Assembly (NCBI GenBank): GCA_040954595.2
Contig: CM082592.2
Span: 11,998,732-12,062,731, forward strand
From: Balanoglossus misakiensis
Lineage: Eukaryota; Animalia; Hemichordata
Reading direction: 5' to 3'
DNA length: 64,000 nucleotides
The position numbers and the translations under genes were made by a program. Every line of letters begins with the position of its first letter. Within the stretch, counting starts at the first letter, position 1. Shown in pieces: positions 40,668-53,422 of the stretch. Below the pieces are notes generated by a model. It had not been told where the DNA came from and did no database searches. It saw only the letters and a list, made by a program, of their open reading frames with translations.

Positions 40668-43600
40668 ATGCGGAGCGATATTGTAACCTGCGTAACTTTG
40701 GGAATCGCAGGCCTCATCGGCGTGTTCTGGTATCGTAGGAGGTGCCGTAAGGCTAAACTCAAAGAAGAGTGTAAATCGGGGAATAGTAATTCTCTCGAAA
40801 TGGATGCTGAAGTGGCAGAACAGGGTGCAGAGGTGAAGGACGTTGTGGACCAAGCAACTACTGCAAGTGTCCAAGACGTTCAAGTTGATGCAGAGAGGGA
40901 AGTGGTGGCCAAGGAGGTCGTTGATGAAGTCATCGCTGCTAGCGTCCAACAGGTCAAAGTTGAGGCAGAGGCCAAGGAGATCGTGGCTGAAGTCATCGCT
41001 GCTAGTGTCCAACAGGTCAAAGTTGAGGCAGAGGCCAAGGAGATCGTGGCTGAAGTCATCGCTGCTAGTGTCCAACAGGTCAAAGTTGAGGCAGAGGCCA
41101 AGGAGATCGTTGATGAAGTCATCGCTGCTAGTGTCCAACAGGTCAAAGTTGAGGCAGAGGCCAAGGAGATCGTGGCTGAAGTCATCGCTGCTAGTGTCCA
41201 ACAGGTCAAAGTTGAGGCAGAGGCCAAGGAGTTCATGGATGACATCATCGCTGCTAGTGTCCAACAGGTCACTCTTGAGGCAGAGGCCAAGGGGATCGTC
41301 GATGAAGTCATCGCTGCTAGCGTCCAACAGGTCAAAGTTGAGGCAGAAGCAGAAGCAACTGCAAAGGAGTTCATGGATGACATCATCGCTGCCAGCGTTG
41401 ACATTGTTAAAGCCAATGCAGAAAGGAGCATGGCTGCCAAGGAGGTCAAAGTTGACGCAGAGCAGATGGCCACTGCAATAGAAGTTGTGGTGGAAGACAT
41501 CGCCACAAGCGTCCAAGAGGTCAAAGTTGACGCTGAGCAGAAGGCCACTGCAATAGAAATTGTGGTGGAAGACATCGCCACAAGCGTCCAAGAGGTCAAA
41601 GTTGACGCAGAGCAGATGGCCACTGCAATAGAAGTTGTGGTGGAAGACATCGCCACAAGCGTCCAAGAGGTCAAAGTTGACGCTGAGCAGAAGGCCACTG
41701 CAACAGAAGTTGTGGTGGAAGACATCGCCACAAGCGTCCAAGAGGTCAAAGTTGACGCTGAGCAGAAGGCCACTGCAATAGAAGTTGTGGTGGAAGACAT
41801 CGCCACAAGCGTCCAAGAGGTCAAAGTTGACGCTGAGCAGAAGGCCACTGCAACAGAAGTTGTGGTGGAAGACATCGCCACAAGCGTCCAAGAGGTCAAA
41901 GTTGACGCTGAGCAGAAGGCCACTGCAACAGAAGTTGTGGTGGAAGACATCGCCACAAGCGTCCAAGAGGTCAAAGTTGACGCTGAGCAGAAGGCCACTG
42001 CAACAGAAGTTGTGGTGGAAGACATCGCCACAAGCGTCCAAGAGGTCAAAGTTGACGCTGAGCAGGGTCCTGTGGCAATGGAGTTCGACAACTTGACCAG
42101 TATGGACAAGGAAGCAGCGCTATTAACTCATTCACTACCAAGTGTGGGCATCTCAAAAACGGATAAACTGTCACCAAATGCACCTGAGTTTGTGTCAAAA
42201 TTGGCCAATAACACTATTAACAGCAAAGCTGTAGCAAGTCAACTAGCTGCAGATGAAATTCCTAGTGAGGCTGCCAAAGAGGAAGATGTCAGTGCTGCTA
42301 CAGAGGTCAAAGTTGACTCTGAGCAGAAGGCCACTGCACTGGAAGTTGTCGTGGAAGACATCGCCACAAGCATCCCAGAGAAACTGTCACCAAATGCACC
42401 TGAGTTTGTGTCAAAATTGGCCAATAACAGCAAAGCAGTAGCAAGTCAACTAGCTGCAGATGAAATTCCTAGTGAGGCTGCCAAAGAGGAAGATGTCAGT
42501 GCTGCTACAGAGGTCAAAGTTGACTCTGAGCAGAAGGCCACTGCACTGGAAGTTGTGGAAGACATCGCCACAAGCATCCCAGAGAAACTGTCACCAAATG
42601 CACCTGAGTTTGTGTCAAAATTGGCCAATAACAGCAAAGCTGTAGCAAGTCAACTAGCTGCAGATGAAATTCCTAGTGAGGCTGCCAAAGAGGAAGATGT
42701 CAGTGCTGCTACAGAGGTCAAAGTTGACTCTGAGCAGAAGGCTACTGCACTGGAAGTTGTCGTGGAAGACATCACCACAAGCATCCCAGAGAAACTGTCA
42801 CCAAATGCACCTGAGTTTGTGTCAAAATTGGCCAATAACAGCAAAGCAGTAGCAAGTCAACTAGCTGCAGATGAAATTCCTAGTGAGGCTGCCAAAGAGG
42901 AAGATGTCAGTGCTGCTACAGAGGTCAAAGTTGACTCTGAGCAGAAGGCCACTGCACTGGAAGTTGTCGTGGAAGACATCGCCACAAGCATCCCAGAGAA
43001 ACTGTCACCAAATGCACCTGAGTTTGTTTCAAAATTGGCCAATAACAGCGAAGCAGTAGCAAGTCAACTAGCTGCAGATGAAATTCCTAGTGAGGCTGCC
43101 AAAGAGGAAGATGTCACTGCTGCTACAGAGGTCAAAGTTGACTCTGAGCAAAAGCTGGAGGCCAAAGAAGCAGAAGGCTCTGACAGCGTGGACAATGAAG
43201 AAGAGAAAGCACTGTCCTCATCAAGTGTGGATATCTTGAAAGATGTGCAGCTATCACCGGTTGCTGCCGAGTTTGTGTCCAAGTTTGCCAACTGCAGCAG
43301 AGCTGAGGAATCATCTCCCAAAGAGACAGCTATCGAAGCCGATGTGGATGCTGCAACTGATAGTGGTGTACAGTATGACAGCTGGGTTGCTGAAGATGCA
43401 GAGGCCATTGAAGAGCAGGATCCAGAGGAACAGCAGAGTAAGGATTCTGGGTTTGCCGCTGCCAGTGATGTCCAGTTGATTAAGAACGAAACAGACAACA
43501 CCTTCTCTCCAGGCACTGGGTACGTTTGTCTGCCTCCACTACTTTTTCATCTTATAGATTGTGTATTTCACACTTGATGTCAAGAAAACACCCGCCCCGT

Positions 43601-45764
43601 CATTTTTCAGTGTTGGACACAATTTTGTTCAGTGTTTTCACTCGACTGTCATATTTTCTTCCATCTTAAGATCATTGTACGGGTCCGACATCAGCTCTGA
43701 AGCCATCAGTGATATCTCCTCCAATGACAGTGGTCGAGGATTGAGTGAAACCAATGACCAATCCAATCCAAGCTCTCAAGATGTTATGGTGAACTACGAG
43801 TTTGAGTTCCCTTCTAAGTACTGCGGCCGTCTCATTGGCAGAAGTGTAAGTGATGTTATTGTTCTCAATCCTCATAGATTCTCAAATTTCTCTTTATGCT
43901 GGCTGATAATTTAAAATACCTTGGTGATTAGTATAATATCACTGTTGCTTACATTACTAATAAAGATGAAATTTTGAGCCAGGTTGCCAGAAGTTACTTA
44001 GGTTGATTGTCTGATCATTTTCAGGGCAAAAACATCAAAGAGCTAAGAGATATGTCAGGTGCCTGGGTTGTCCTAAAAAAACTACCATATGATACTCACT
44101 ACCAGCTCTGTGTTGTCACAGGTAAGCTTTCAAACAATTTTGTATGTTACTGTCCTGAGGTTGTCGGTAATTTTGTCCTGTGGGGCCTTCTAGCATACAG
44201 TATTTTATCCACTGCAAGAAACCTATTATGATTTGTGATCACTTCTTTTTAATTGTGCATCCATGCAGGTTTACAGAGTGAAGTGGATTCTGCGCTGGCA
44301 ATGATCAGTACGAGATTTCCAAACGTTGATATCACTAAGACCAGTGTTCCCATGGATTGCCTCAGTTTTGGCATCGTACCGCCAGGCTGCTCGGTAAACA
44401 CATTTCCACAATCTGTGCTTGTGTTAATTGTTATCCAATCCTCCCCTCGCTTTAACGAAGTTAAGGAAACCCATTAGTAGTTCCAGTAAATGGCACTTAA
44501 TAACTGGTTCAACTCTCGATGTGATATACATGTATCTTCTCTTGAACCTTTGCAGCTTGCACTCGCTGAGAACAGCATCATTGATGTGAAAGTATCCAAC
44601 ATTGTGACAACAGGTCATCTGTTTGTACAGCAGATCAACCATCCCACCTTCCAAGCACTTGCCCGACTTGACAACTACATGGCCGAGTGCTATTCTTCGG
44701 ATAAAACTCCTAATCTATCAAAGCCAATTGATCGTAAGTACAATTTATATAAGAATGCGTGTGGTGAATCAACAAAAGGATGGCACATAGCTTGTATGGT
44801 GTTCAAACCTGTGTTGCTTGTACTTCTGGGGAAAAATATATGCCTTCAATGGTGATTTTGGGTTCAAATTCTCTGGTGCCATCAAACTAAGATTTGGGGT
44901 CATTGTGCTAATTTCTGAATATAAGGTGCAGAATTTAGCCAATAATGAAAATGGTACTGAAAGAAAATTGAATCTTTTGTCAACGGTTTGTCAGAATAAA
45001 AGGTTTATCCATTGAATCCTTGCTTTTTTGTCTCATGAAAAGTTGACATCTTGTGTGCAGTCCATGTTACCGATGGCTGGTATCGAGCTCGGACAATAGA
45101 TTATAAGACAGAGACTGATGAAGTCTTTTTGCGATATGTGGACTATGGAGGCTACAACATGGTGGAAGCTACCGCCCTCAAGCAGATCCGTGGCGATTTT
45201 ATGTCCCTGCCCTACCAGGCTACTGAATGCTACTTGGCCAACATTGCTCCATTGGAAGGTAATAAGGCATTTTCATGACCCACTGCACTCATACACTAAA
45301 AAAATATTGTTTGAATTATATGACATTATCTGGTATGTGTATCTTTCATTTGAAATTTACTCCTGAATTTGCATTCTTTTGATAGGTGAGACAGAATTCT
45401 CAGGCGAGTCACTTGCTGCTTTGCAAGAATACACGAGAAATTCACCTTACCCTCTTCAAGTTGAAGTTACAGGAAACTACTCTAATGATATTCCTTTTGT
45501 CAACTTGTACCAAATTGAGAGTGAAGATGTAAGTTTATTTCTTTGAAATTATCCTAAGAAAGTCATAGCTCTTTATTCAAAGATGATTTTTACACTCAAT
45601 TAAACTGAATGGCATATCCTCTGTTACAACTTAACAAAATTATTTTTGGGAATTAATTTAAAAGTAGGTTTACCATATCTCTCTCCTCACTTTTTTTTTT
45701 GTAGACTTACACTCTCGTCAACCAAGCCTTGGTAGAAAGAGGGTTTGTTTCCTGGTCAGAGTAA
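40668..45764 (+). CDS. AKAP1: Mitochondrial A-kinase anchor protein AKAP1/spoonbill: N-terminal TM anchor, repeat region, KH, Tudor
   Basis: ATG at 40668 (MRSDIVTCVTLGIAGLIGVFWYRRRCRK, an OMM signal-anchor). Exons 40668-43519, 43671-43845, 44025-44121, 44269-44393, 44556-44733, 45043-45258, 45386-45528, 45705-45764. KH: YEFEFPSKYCGRLIGRSGKNIKEL. Tudor: GHLFVQQINHPTFQALARLD, GWYRA..LRYVDYGGY..LKQIRGDFMSLPYQATECYLAN. Confidence 0.93.
40908..41420 (+). repeat. Coding tandem repeat A: 63 bp/21 aa x8 (AKEIVAEVIAASVQQVKVEAE)
   Basis: Units start at 40908, 40971, 41034, 41097, 41160, 41223, 41286 and 41361. Confidence 0.95.
41442..42065 (+). repeat. Coding tandem repeat B: 75 bp/25 aa x8 plus a partial unit (EVKVDAEQKATAIEVVVEDIATSVQ)
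   Basis: Near-identical units every 75 bp from 41442. Confidence 0.95.
42165..43155 (+). repeat. Coding tandem repeat C: ~207 bp/69 aa x~4.8, each unit beginning KLSPNAPEFVSK and containing a B-like unit
   Basis: Units start at 42165, 42381, 42585, 42792 and 42999. Confidence 0.95.
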
Positions 45765-48339
45765 AAATGCAACAATCCCACAAGAGAGTTCCAGAAAATC
45801 TTGGAATTATGGATTTACTCATGGACATATGTGGAGACTGGCTATAGCAACTCCTGCTATCATGAAATGACTTTTCTTTTCTTTTCTCAAAAACTACATG
45901 AAGATTGCTTGCAAAACTCCAGGAGAGTTGTGGAACTTTGAACATTATGAACTTTGATCTCAGTTACAGACTGGTTACTTTATATGCATTATCAATGCCC
46001 ATTTTGAAATAGAAAATGGTGACATTTTTATCAGCTGGCTGGATTTCTGGAGAGCAATGACAATTTTCACATTACCATGGATATATTATTGGTAGTGCTT
46101 AGGTGTAGGTAAAATTAAAGTTTAAAAAAAAGTAAAGGGTTTATGTGTCTACATTGTAGGAATGAGATTTGTAGAAGAAATATAAGATATGTGGAATTGA
46201 AGGGACAAAGTCAGCATCTTGTTACATTATCTTGAATCAAGATGATATCAGGTCTCTTCTGGTGTGGAAACTTAGAGATAGTTTATGTGTAGACTGTGCT
46301 CTCACCTTTCTTAAAATGTAATTTACAGTGCATGTGAAAATTGCGAGAGATTTTATATGCAACTCTATATGCAGGGTGTGAGTTGAACTTAAACTCTTTG
46401 AACTCTGACCCACTAGTGACCTGTGACATGCATGGATGCAAAGGGTTGAACAACCCACAAATCCCCATGTTTCAATTTTTCAATTAGCACAACAAAAATA
46501 CTTGCAAGAAACAAGAAAAAACCAAGTGATACCGAGAGGTGATATGATAGAGTCACGCAACTGGCTTCGTTTGCCAGTTTTACAGAAATGTTACGCAAGT
46601 GTTATATAACATACATTTTTCATATAATTGATAACTTCTGTTCAAGGCACTGCAGGGTATGGCAAAGACCTTTATATTGCTTTTTACATGCAGATGTGTT
46701 CTTTAAATTTGTGAAAATGCACATTTTGTAACGCAAGAGCTGGAAATATTACTGTTTAACTACTTTAAATTATTGACTATCAAAACGCCACTGAATTGCA
46801 AGAAGCTGACCTTGTGAATAGAAAGGAAAACTAATTTATGAATTTTGTATCATGTCTGAAATGATAGCAATAGCAAAATTAATATAAAGAATTGTAAAGT
46901 GCAAACTGCATTCTCAGTTCTACATTATATAATGTCTATAAACTCAAAAATGCAATTCACGAAAAATGTTACAGACCTCATCTCATCACTAGAATGTCCA
47001 CATAATATAATTGAACTTGAATCATGTGTGTTTAGCTAAATCATGAAAGTAAGAAATAACTATAAAATTCTCATGAAAATTATACAAATGATTGTAGTGA
47101 ACTTTGACATCCCGTTGTCATGACTTCAAGTTCTTAGCTTTTGGGTACAACATTTAAGTGAAGCAATTGAAAATGCTGACTGTTTGGTTATTTGGAACAA
47201 GCAGAGAATTATTGGAGCCTCGAACACCACACAATCAATGTTTGAAGAACGCAAACAACTCAATAATGTACAACTTTCCCACTTGCTGCTGAAGCTTGTG
47301 ATCATTCTTCATAGTTTTGAATTTCATATTTTAAAGAAAAAAACGTTTATCATATATCGAATCACAATAATTACAGTGACTTAAAGTTATATTAGGAAAA
47401 GTACAAATTGCATAGGTGAAAAATATTTATATTTGCTGTAAGAAAAAAAATATGGTTAAAAATGAATTTTTCCCTACCAGCAAGAACTGTGAATGTTTCA
47501 CATTTTTTTATTTGAATCATGGCAAAGTCAGTTGTCTCAGGGGAACTCAAGGTTATGGCAGTCATAGATGACTCCATACAAGTTGCAGTCACAGGTTTTC
47601 AGCTGATTGATCTATGCAGTTTTTGTAATCAATTCAAGAACATTCATTTTTCAGTTCCATTTTGTTCATTTTTTGTTGCAAGCTTATTATGTTTCAAATA
47701 AAATGTTCAAAAAACAACTTCTTGAAGTGTTCTGTCATTACCCCCACCTTAAATTCAGAATCTCAGATGGAAGTTTTTTTCTTCTGCCCAGATGTGTGTA
47801 GGCCACTGTTTGAATCAATATTGTGCAGAGGCAGCAATGTGAAAAAAGTGACTTTATTTGCAAATGGAAACTGACCATCATTAGTAATAATTTTCTTAAT
47901 GCCTTAAGTTTACCCAGAATGAAATGCAAGGTTTGTGCAGGGCCAAATTCCCAACAATGTGAAAAAGCCCAGGTCATTTGCATGTTACAAATGGAGTGCA
48001 TGTACCTGATGTCGGTTTTCTTCTTGTGGTAACAAACATTATAAAAATGAAATAATATAAACATTTGTTAAATACAAGATGTATGAAGAATCCAAGAAGA
48101 GCAGAATATAAAAAGGCTCAAAGAATATATGGATTCATTACTGGATATAAATGTCATGGTTAATCCAAAAACCATATTGAGTTGTCATGGGGCAAAATAC
48201 AATTACAATGTAAATCTTTGCAAAGGACAATTTAAAAATCCACCATCTAAAAAATGACACTTCAAAGTTACTGATCAAATTTCCCGTGAAGTCACGATGG
48301 TTTTCAAAATTGTTTCTGCCACATTCCCTTAAGTCTCCA

Positions 48340-51300
48340 TCATAGCTCAACATGTCTCTTTGTATTTCCAATAACAACAGTCTCAGTGCTTTTATCTGTC
48401 TTTTTCTCCAACTGTTCAGTTTCTAAATCTGTGTCTTTCTGAGTCTGTGTACTTTCCTCAGTCTTGATATCATTCTGTAGATCAAGGACCAGGTCTCCCT
48501 TCTCGTCATCTACCAGAAACCAATCTTCATAGACTTTATAGGGATTACCATTCGTATGTTTGTGGAAAGACACTGGTGTTTGGTGTTGCAGGAATTCTGG
48601 AACATAGTCATTGGGTCTTGCCTGAAAAAGAAAAGATTTTAAAGAAAAAATCAGAATGATGGGAAAGTAAAGATCAGGTTAGGAACACAGCCACCTCTTT
48701 AAATCTAACCATGGATCCTGGAGACTTAGCCAATCACAGTTTTCCACTTGGAGTGCCAATTTCATTCCATCATCCATGTAATGAAAAGTGTGCTACCTTT
48801 TGACCATAAATGGGCATATGCAAACAACACACTTCTGTCATGCTAGGGCACAATTAGACAAGCTTGGTCATCCAGTGTGTGGCTTGCAAACACTAAACCA
48901 TAAATGGGCATATGCAAACAACACACTTCTGGCTTGCAAACACTAAACATGGTTACATATCATAAGGAAATTATTACCTGATGGAATAATGGCGAATGTA
49001 TGATGGGTTGTCCAATACGTTTTGCACAGGTACCAATGATCATATCATCGGGATCAGAGTGACTACGACACTGACAACCTTTGGTGATCATCTCATGAAC
49101 TGCTGCTCTGCTGAACACCATTCTGAAAATGGAAAATGTACATGGCAGTTATGTCTCTCACAATGCTACACACATAGTTGTAGCAAGGGTTCAATCACTG
49201 ACATTTCTTTAGTCGATACAATGTAGCTTTATGATTCAGAGGCTTTTGGTAGTTGTATACAGTTCTTGTCTTGACTTTTCATATGTGATGTACAACTTTC
49301 ATGTTCACCAAACAAACCCATACTTACCCTCCTCCCCCTGTGATGTAGTCATACCCATGTCCCCGTTTGGTGTGACCAAACCCATATCTCTCTCCTAAAA
49401 ACACTGATTCACTGGGATCATAGCAGGATAACACTCTCTGTAATCTGGAAACACTGTGAACGAAAAATGAGCATTAAGTCTGAGCAGTACTTGCCAAATT
49501 ATCACATTACATTTGCTTAGTCTTTTATTAAATCACCATTTTTTGTTTAATTTGTCATTAATGTATATTTTGATAATATGTCAAACACACGACACACGTA
49601 CACTCAAAACCTCCTTCGTGCTTCATACAACCTTCAGCGAATAAGCAATAAAATCTGCACGAAAAAGCTACCATATGCCATGGTATCTCACCTTAGAATT
49701 GTATCATCATCAGTGATGATAAGCCAGGGTATTCTCTTCAACCAGGCATCATTCAAGAAATGGTTGAAAATGAAGAATGTCTTCCCACAGTGCCCTAGGG
49801 TCAGGGGTCAAATCAGAGAATGGATGGAAATAGAGCAATGGTATCACACTAAAGTTTCTTCAAGTTCAGATTTCTTTTCATTGTTTCAGGTCTATAATTT
49901 TTTTACAATAATTATCCCCCTAGTTTTATAGTGTATGAAATTTAGTTTGCTCATCTGAACATAACTGTGTCTTGGAACACTCACCTCTCTCTGTATTTGG
50001 TATGCCTGTAACTACAGTTGGGATACTTCTGTCTTCTGCCTCACTGAAGTACTCAATATGTTTCACATATTGACCCCAGGTCTTCTTCACAACAGGGACT
50101 GTCAATTCAAAGCATTCATCCCATGCAAATTATACACATCAGTTTCTCATAAATATTCCAAATCATGTATCTATAGTATGCTAGACTTGTATTGAAGGCA
50201 TGGATAATTCAGGTTCAATACTGGTTTTGCAATCAATCTCTGACAAATTTTAATTCCCAAACACTCCTATCAGCAACAAATCAAACCAACTTACTTCTAT
50301 CCTTGTGGAATTTTTCACAGGTTTTCACTGCAAAATACATATTTTTCTTAGAAACAGCAGCTCCCTGTGAATGAGATTGGAGAACTTAACTCAAATAGGT
50401 CTTTTCACAGAGAAAGTACAAAATCTGCACATTCTCTTTCAGAATAAATACAAAGCCAAAAAAATGTTCTTCCCAATCTCCAACACCACTATATTCTATC
50501 TTTGAGGCATTTTTCACAGGTTTTCACAGAGCAAATAACCACAACTTACGCATTCTAAAATATCTAATGGATACAATGTGACACACTCAGTCTCCTGTTT
50601 CCCTTTATTTCTTCTCCGTCTCTTTTCTGCATTTTCAGCATCCTTCTCCATTATCTCTTTGGCAGTGTCGTCATCAACTGGAGGGTCATTGGAACCAATA
50701 TTTCCAGAACATAATTCTGGTACATAGGTTAGCTTGATCCCTTTGCCATCATCCCAAATAAAGAAAGCAAGCTGAAACCAAATAAAATAAACAGTTTGTG
50801 TTTGTCTGGTTGAAATATTGTCAAATATATCTTTTTTGCTAACATTATACTTAGCTTATTGTGTAAATTTGTCTTTTATCGATAACTTAGAAACTGATTA
50901 TATTGAAAATCCTAATTAACCCCAAAAGAATGCAGCTAAATCAAAGTGTTTACAGTATATTTTCAAGCTTTGAGAAACTTGGTGATGACCTTCATTGGCT
51001 ATGATCTTTAAAAAAGCATAGCAGACTGTTCACAAACAAAAGTATTGTGACACAACTCATGAATAATTTATATCAAGGAAGTCTTTGAAGCGAACATGAC
51101 TTCTTGGGTGTTGCCTCATCCAATTTGCATTCACATCCAACCACAGTGATCCAACTTATGCAGTATAGAACAGATGGGAACCTTGTGTTAAATGGTTCCT
51201 TTATATGTTTGTATACTATTTTTCAGACATGAACGATGCATGATATGAAACTTGAAATATAGAACGCTTTCTGCAGGGCAACCAGTAACATTCACTAATT

Positions 51301-53254
51301 TATTTTTGCCATCACGGTCAATGCAGTTACACCACTATTATATAACTCTGCATGACACATTAGGAGTCTAGATGACTTTACCTCATGCTTGAGATCAATA
51401 GTAAAATCCATTTCATGTTTCCCTGTTTTCCATCGATCTGATAAACTGGAGAGAGACATAGTTACCGGTATTGTGATACAGTAATAAGACGAACATAAAT
51501 TCAGTAGGGATATGAATATCAAACAAAGAAATTTATTGAATTCTTCAATTAAAGTTCCCTTTTATATTATCACTGGGGTGAAAGGAAAAAGTACATCTCT
51601 TCAGGACAAGTATTATACTCACACTTGAAGTAATGGCACACTGATAAGCCAGCCAGCTTCAAAATCAGGGAACGCAAAAACAGACGGATTGTTATGAAAT
51701 CTGTAATGATGGATAATGGTCGCACTTCTGTCTCGCAACTCTTTCCCAAGAAACCATGTCTGAAATGTAATATGACAAGATAGTGTGAAGTTTGAATATT
51801 ATGAACAGACTGTCTTTGTTTGTGATGTTGGGTCAGTGTTGAGCAACCAAGTAGCTTACCTCAGTTGGGTCATATCTTTGCAATACACTCAGTAACCCAG
51901 ATATTCTAACTCTGGTTTCCTCTTCACAGAAGAAGATCCATTTATAGTTTGGTTTTCCATAATCATCATTCAGCCTGGGTGCACAGAGGATAGAGAAACT
52001 CAATATGGCAGAGAAACAGACATTATTCGTCCTGGTTCTCTTACATTGAAAATTAATCTTGTTGGGTTTTGGGGGGAAATTTTACTTGGTAAATAAATGT
52101 ACTTACTTTGGTAAAAGTGGAAATATAACCCATTGACCAACATCACCATATTTTTCAGTGAGTAAAACAATCTTTGGTTTTTTCAACCCTAGAATCCTAC
52201 ACTGTTGTTCAATGTCTGCTTTCAATAATCTTGCTCTTTCCAGATGAAATGGATGGTCCTGGTTTCTGATAATGAACACAACTTCTTGGATGCTAGTTTC
52301 AAATGATGCTGTCTGCAAGGGATATAACATGTTCATTTTTCAAAGCATTCTGCATGTATCTCATATATGTGTAACTAAATGCCATCTTTTGAATTAATAC
52401 CATGGTACCACCTGAAACATGCATTGAGCAATTATAACTGGGTTGTTGCAATTGCATAGGGCTCCAGTGCAGTGCCTTTGTGGTTTTTAAGTACATTTGT
52501 ACAATGCTTTAATAGTGTAGACATCCGGTGATTTGCATATTTAATACCTATGTGGCTATTATCTTGTTCTTTAACACATACTTAACTGATGACTAAGCCA
52601 ACGCATATTTGCACAACAAATAAAACAACAGCAATGCAAACCAGGTCATTGCTTTAATAACTTATTCATTCTATTGTCTTGCAGTAGAACTAGAATGTCC
52701 GTCGACACCAACAAATCCTATTCAGTGAAACTTTCTTGAACATAAACCGAGTTTACGTACAAGTAATATCGTGTAGTTCTCCGGGTAAAATAACGAAACT
52801 TCACTGAGGCAAAGTCACTGAAAGTAACATTTCCCCTCTAAACTAAAACTGGTCATGAGAACGTTAACAGTAGCTGCTGATGTAACACAATCAATTGTTA
52901 TCTGGTACACGTCGGCCCGGGCCTTAAAATTTCCTCTTTTCGATGTTATGGACCCGGGTGTCCTATGTAACATGTACCCCAATGGCAATAGCAAGCGACA
53001 GAGTGATCAGTTGATGTGAAGGAAATGTACACGTTTTTAAAAGAAATGTAAACACTCCGGAAATCCAAAAATGCATGGATAATTACCTTATCACTTTTCG
53101 AATAAGCCACTAACCAACCTGAAACACGATAAAATAAATAAAAGTTGATATGTCATACTTTACGCACGAAGACCTTCATTTATCAAAGTTTGGAAAGTAT
53201 ATACTCACAAAACAGTAGAGAAAACAGCAGACCACTTTTTGGATCCAGCGCCAT
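48340..53254 (-). CDS. B3GLCT: Beta-1,3-glucosyltransferase (Fringe-like GT31, ER-resident)
   Basis: Exons approx. 53209-53254, 53087-53118, 52107-52312, 51860-51974, 51623-51759, 51382-51445, 50550-50771, 50295-50364, 49985-50098, 49692-49794, 49328-49453, 48978-49122, 48340-48621. Motifs: [85 protein letters not shown], and a C-terminal HVEL retrieval signal. Confidence 0.93.
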
Positions 53255-53422
53255 GTTACCTGAAATCTGACTAAGTGCTAAATAAAAGCAATAAGTTGAT
53301 TGGATTAAACGTTGGCAGACGATCTAAGTAGCCAATAAACTTCTTTGACAAATAAAGGCACTTGGGTCATGTCAGGTCGTGTCTTCTGCTTCTACGCATG
53401 CCCAGACATTCTCGGTAACGAA
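53255..53422. promoter_or_regulatory. Compact bidirectional promoter between B3GLCT and the TBC-like gene
   Basis: Only 168 bp between the divergent ATGs; opposed CCAAT boxes (ATTGG ~53299, CCAAT ~53332). Confidence 0.65.

Noticed and set aside
40632-42109. Long antisense ORFs (469 aa Cys/His-rich; 409 aa Ser/Thr-rich) and alternate-frame ORFs
   Set aside because: These are shadows of the stop-free AKAP1 tandem repeats, with no independent evidence.
40908-43155. CRISPR-like appearance of the regular repeats
   Set aside because: There are no unique spacers; these are in-frame coding repeats in a eukaryotic exon.
40653-43577. 974-aa ORF as a standalone single-exon gene
   Set aside because: It has a GTG start and reads through a donor at 43520; it is the first coding exon of AKAP1.
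48803-48948. Short local duplications in a B3GLCT intron
   Set aside because: This is an ordinary slippage or repair scar with no functional signal.
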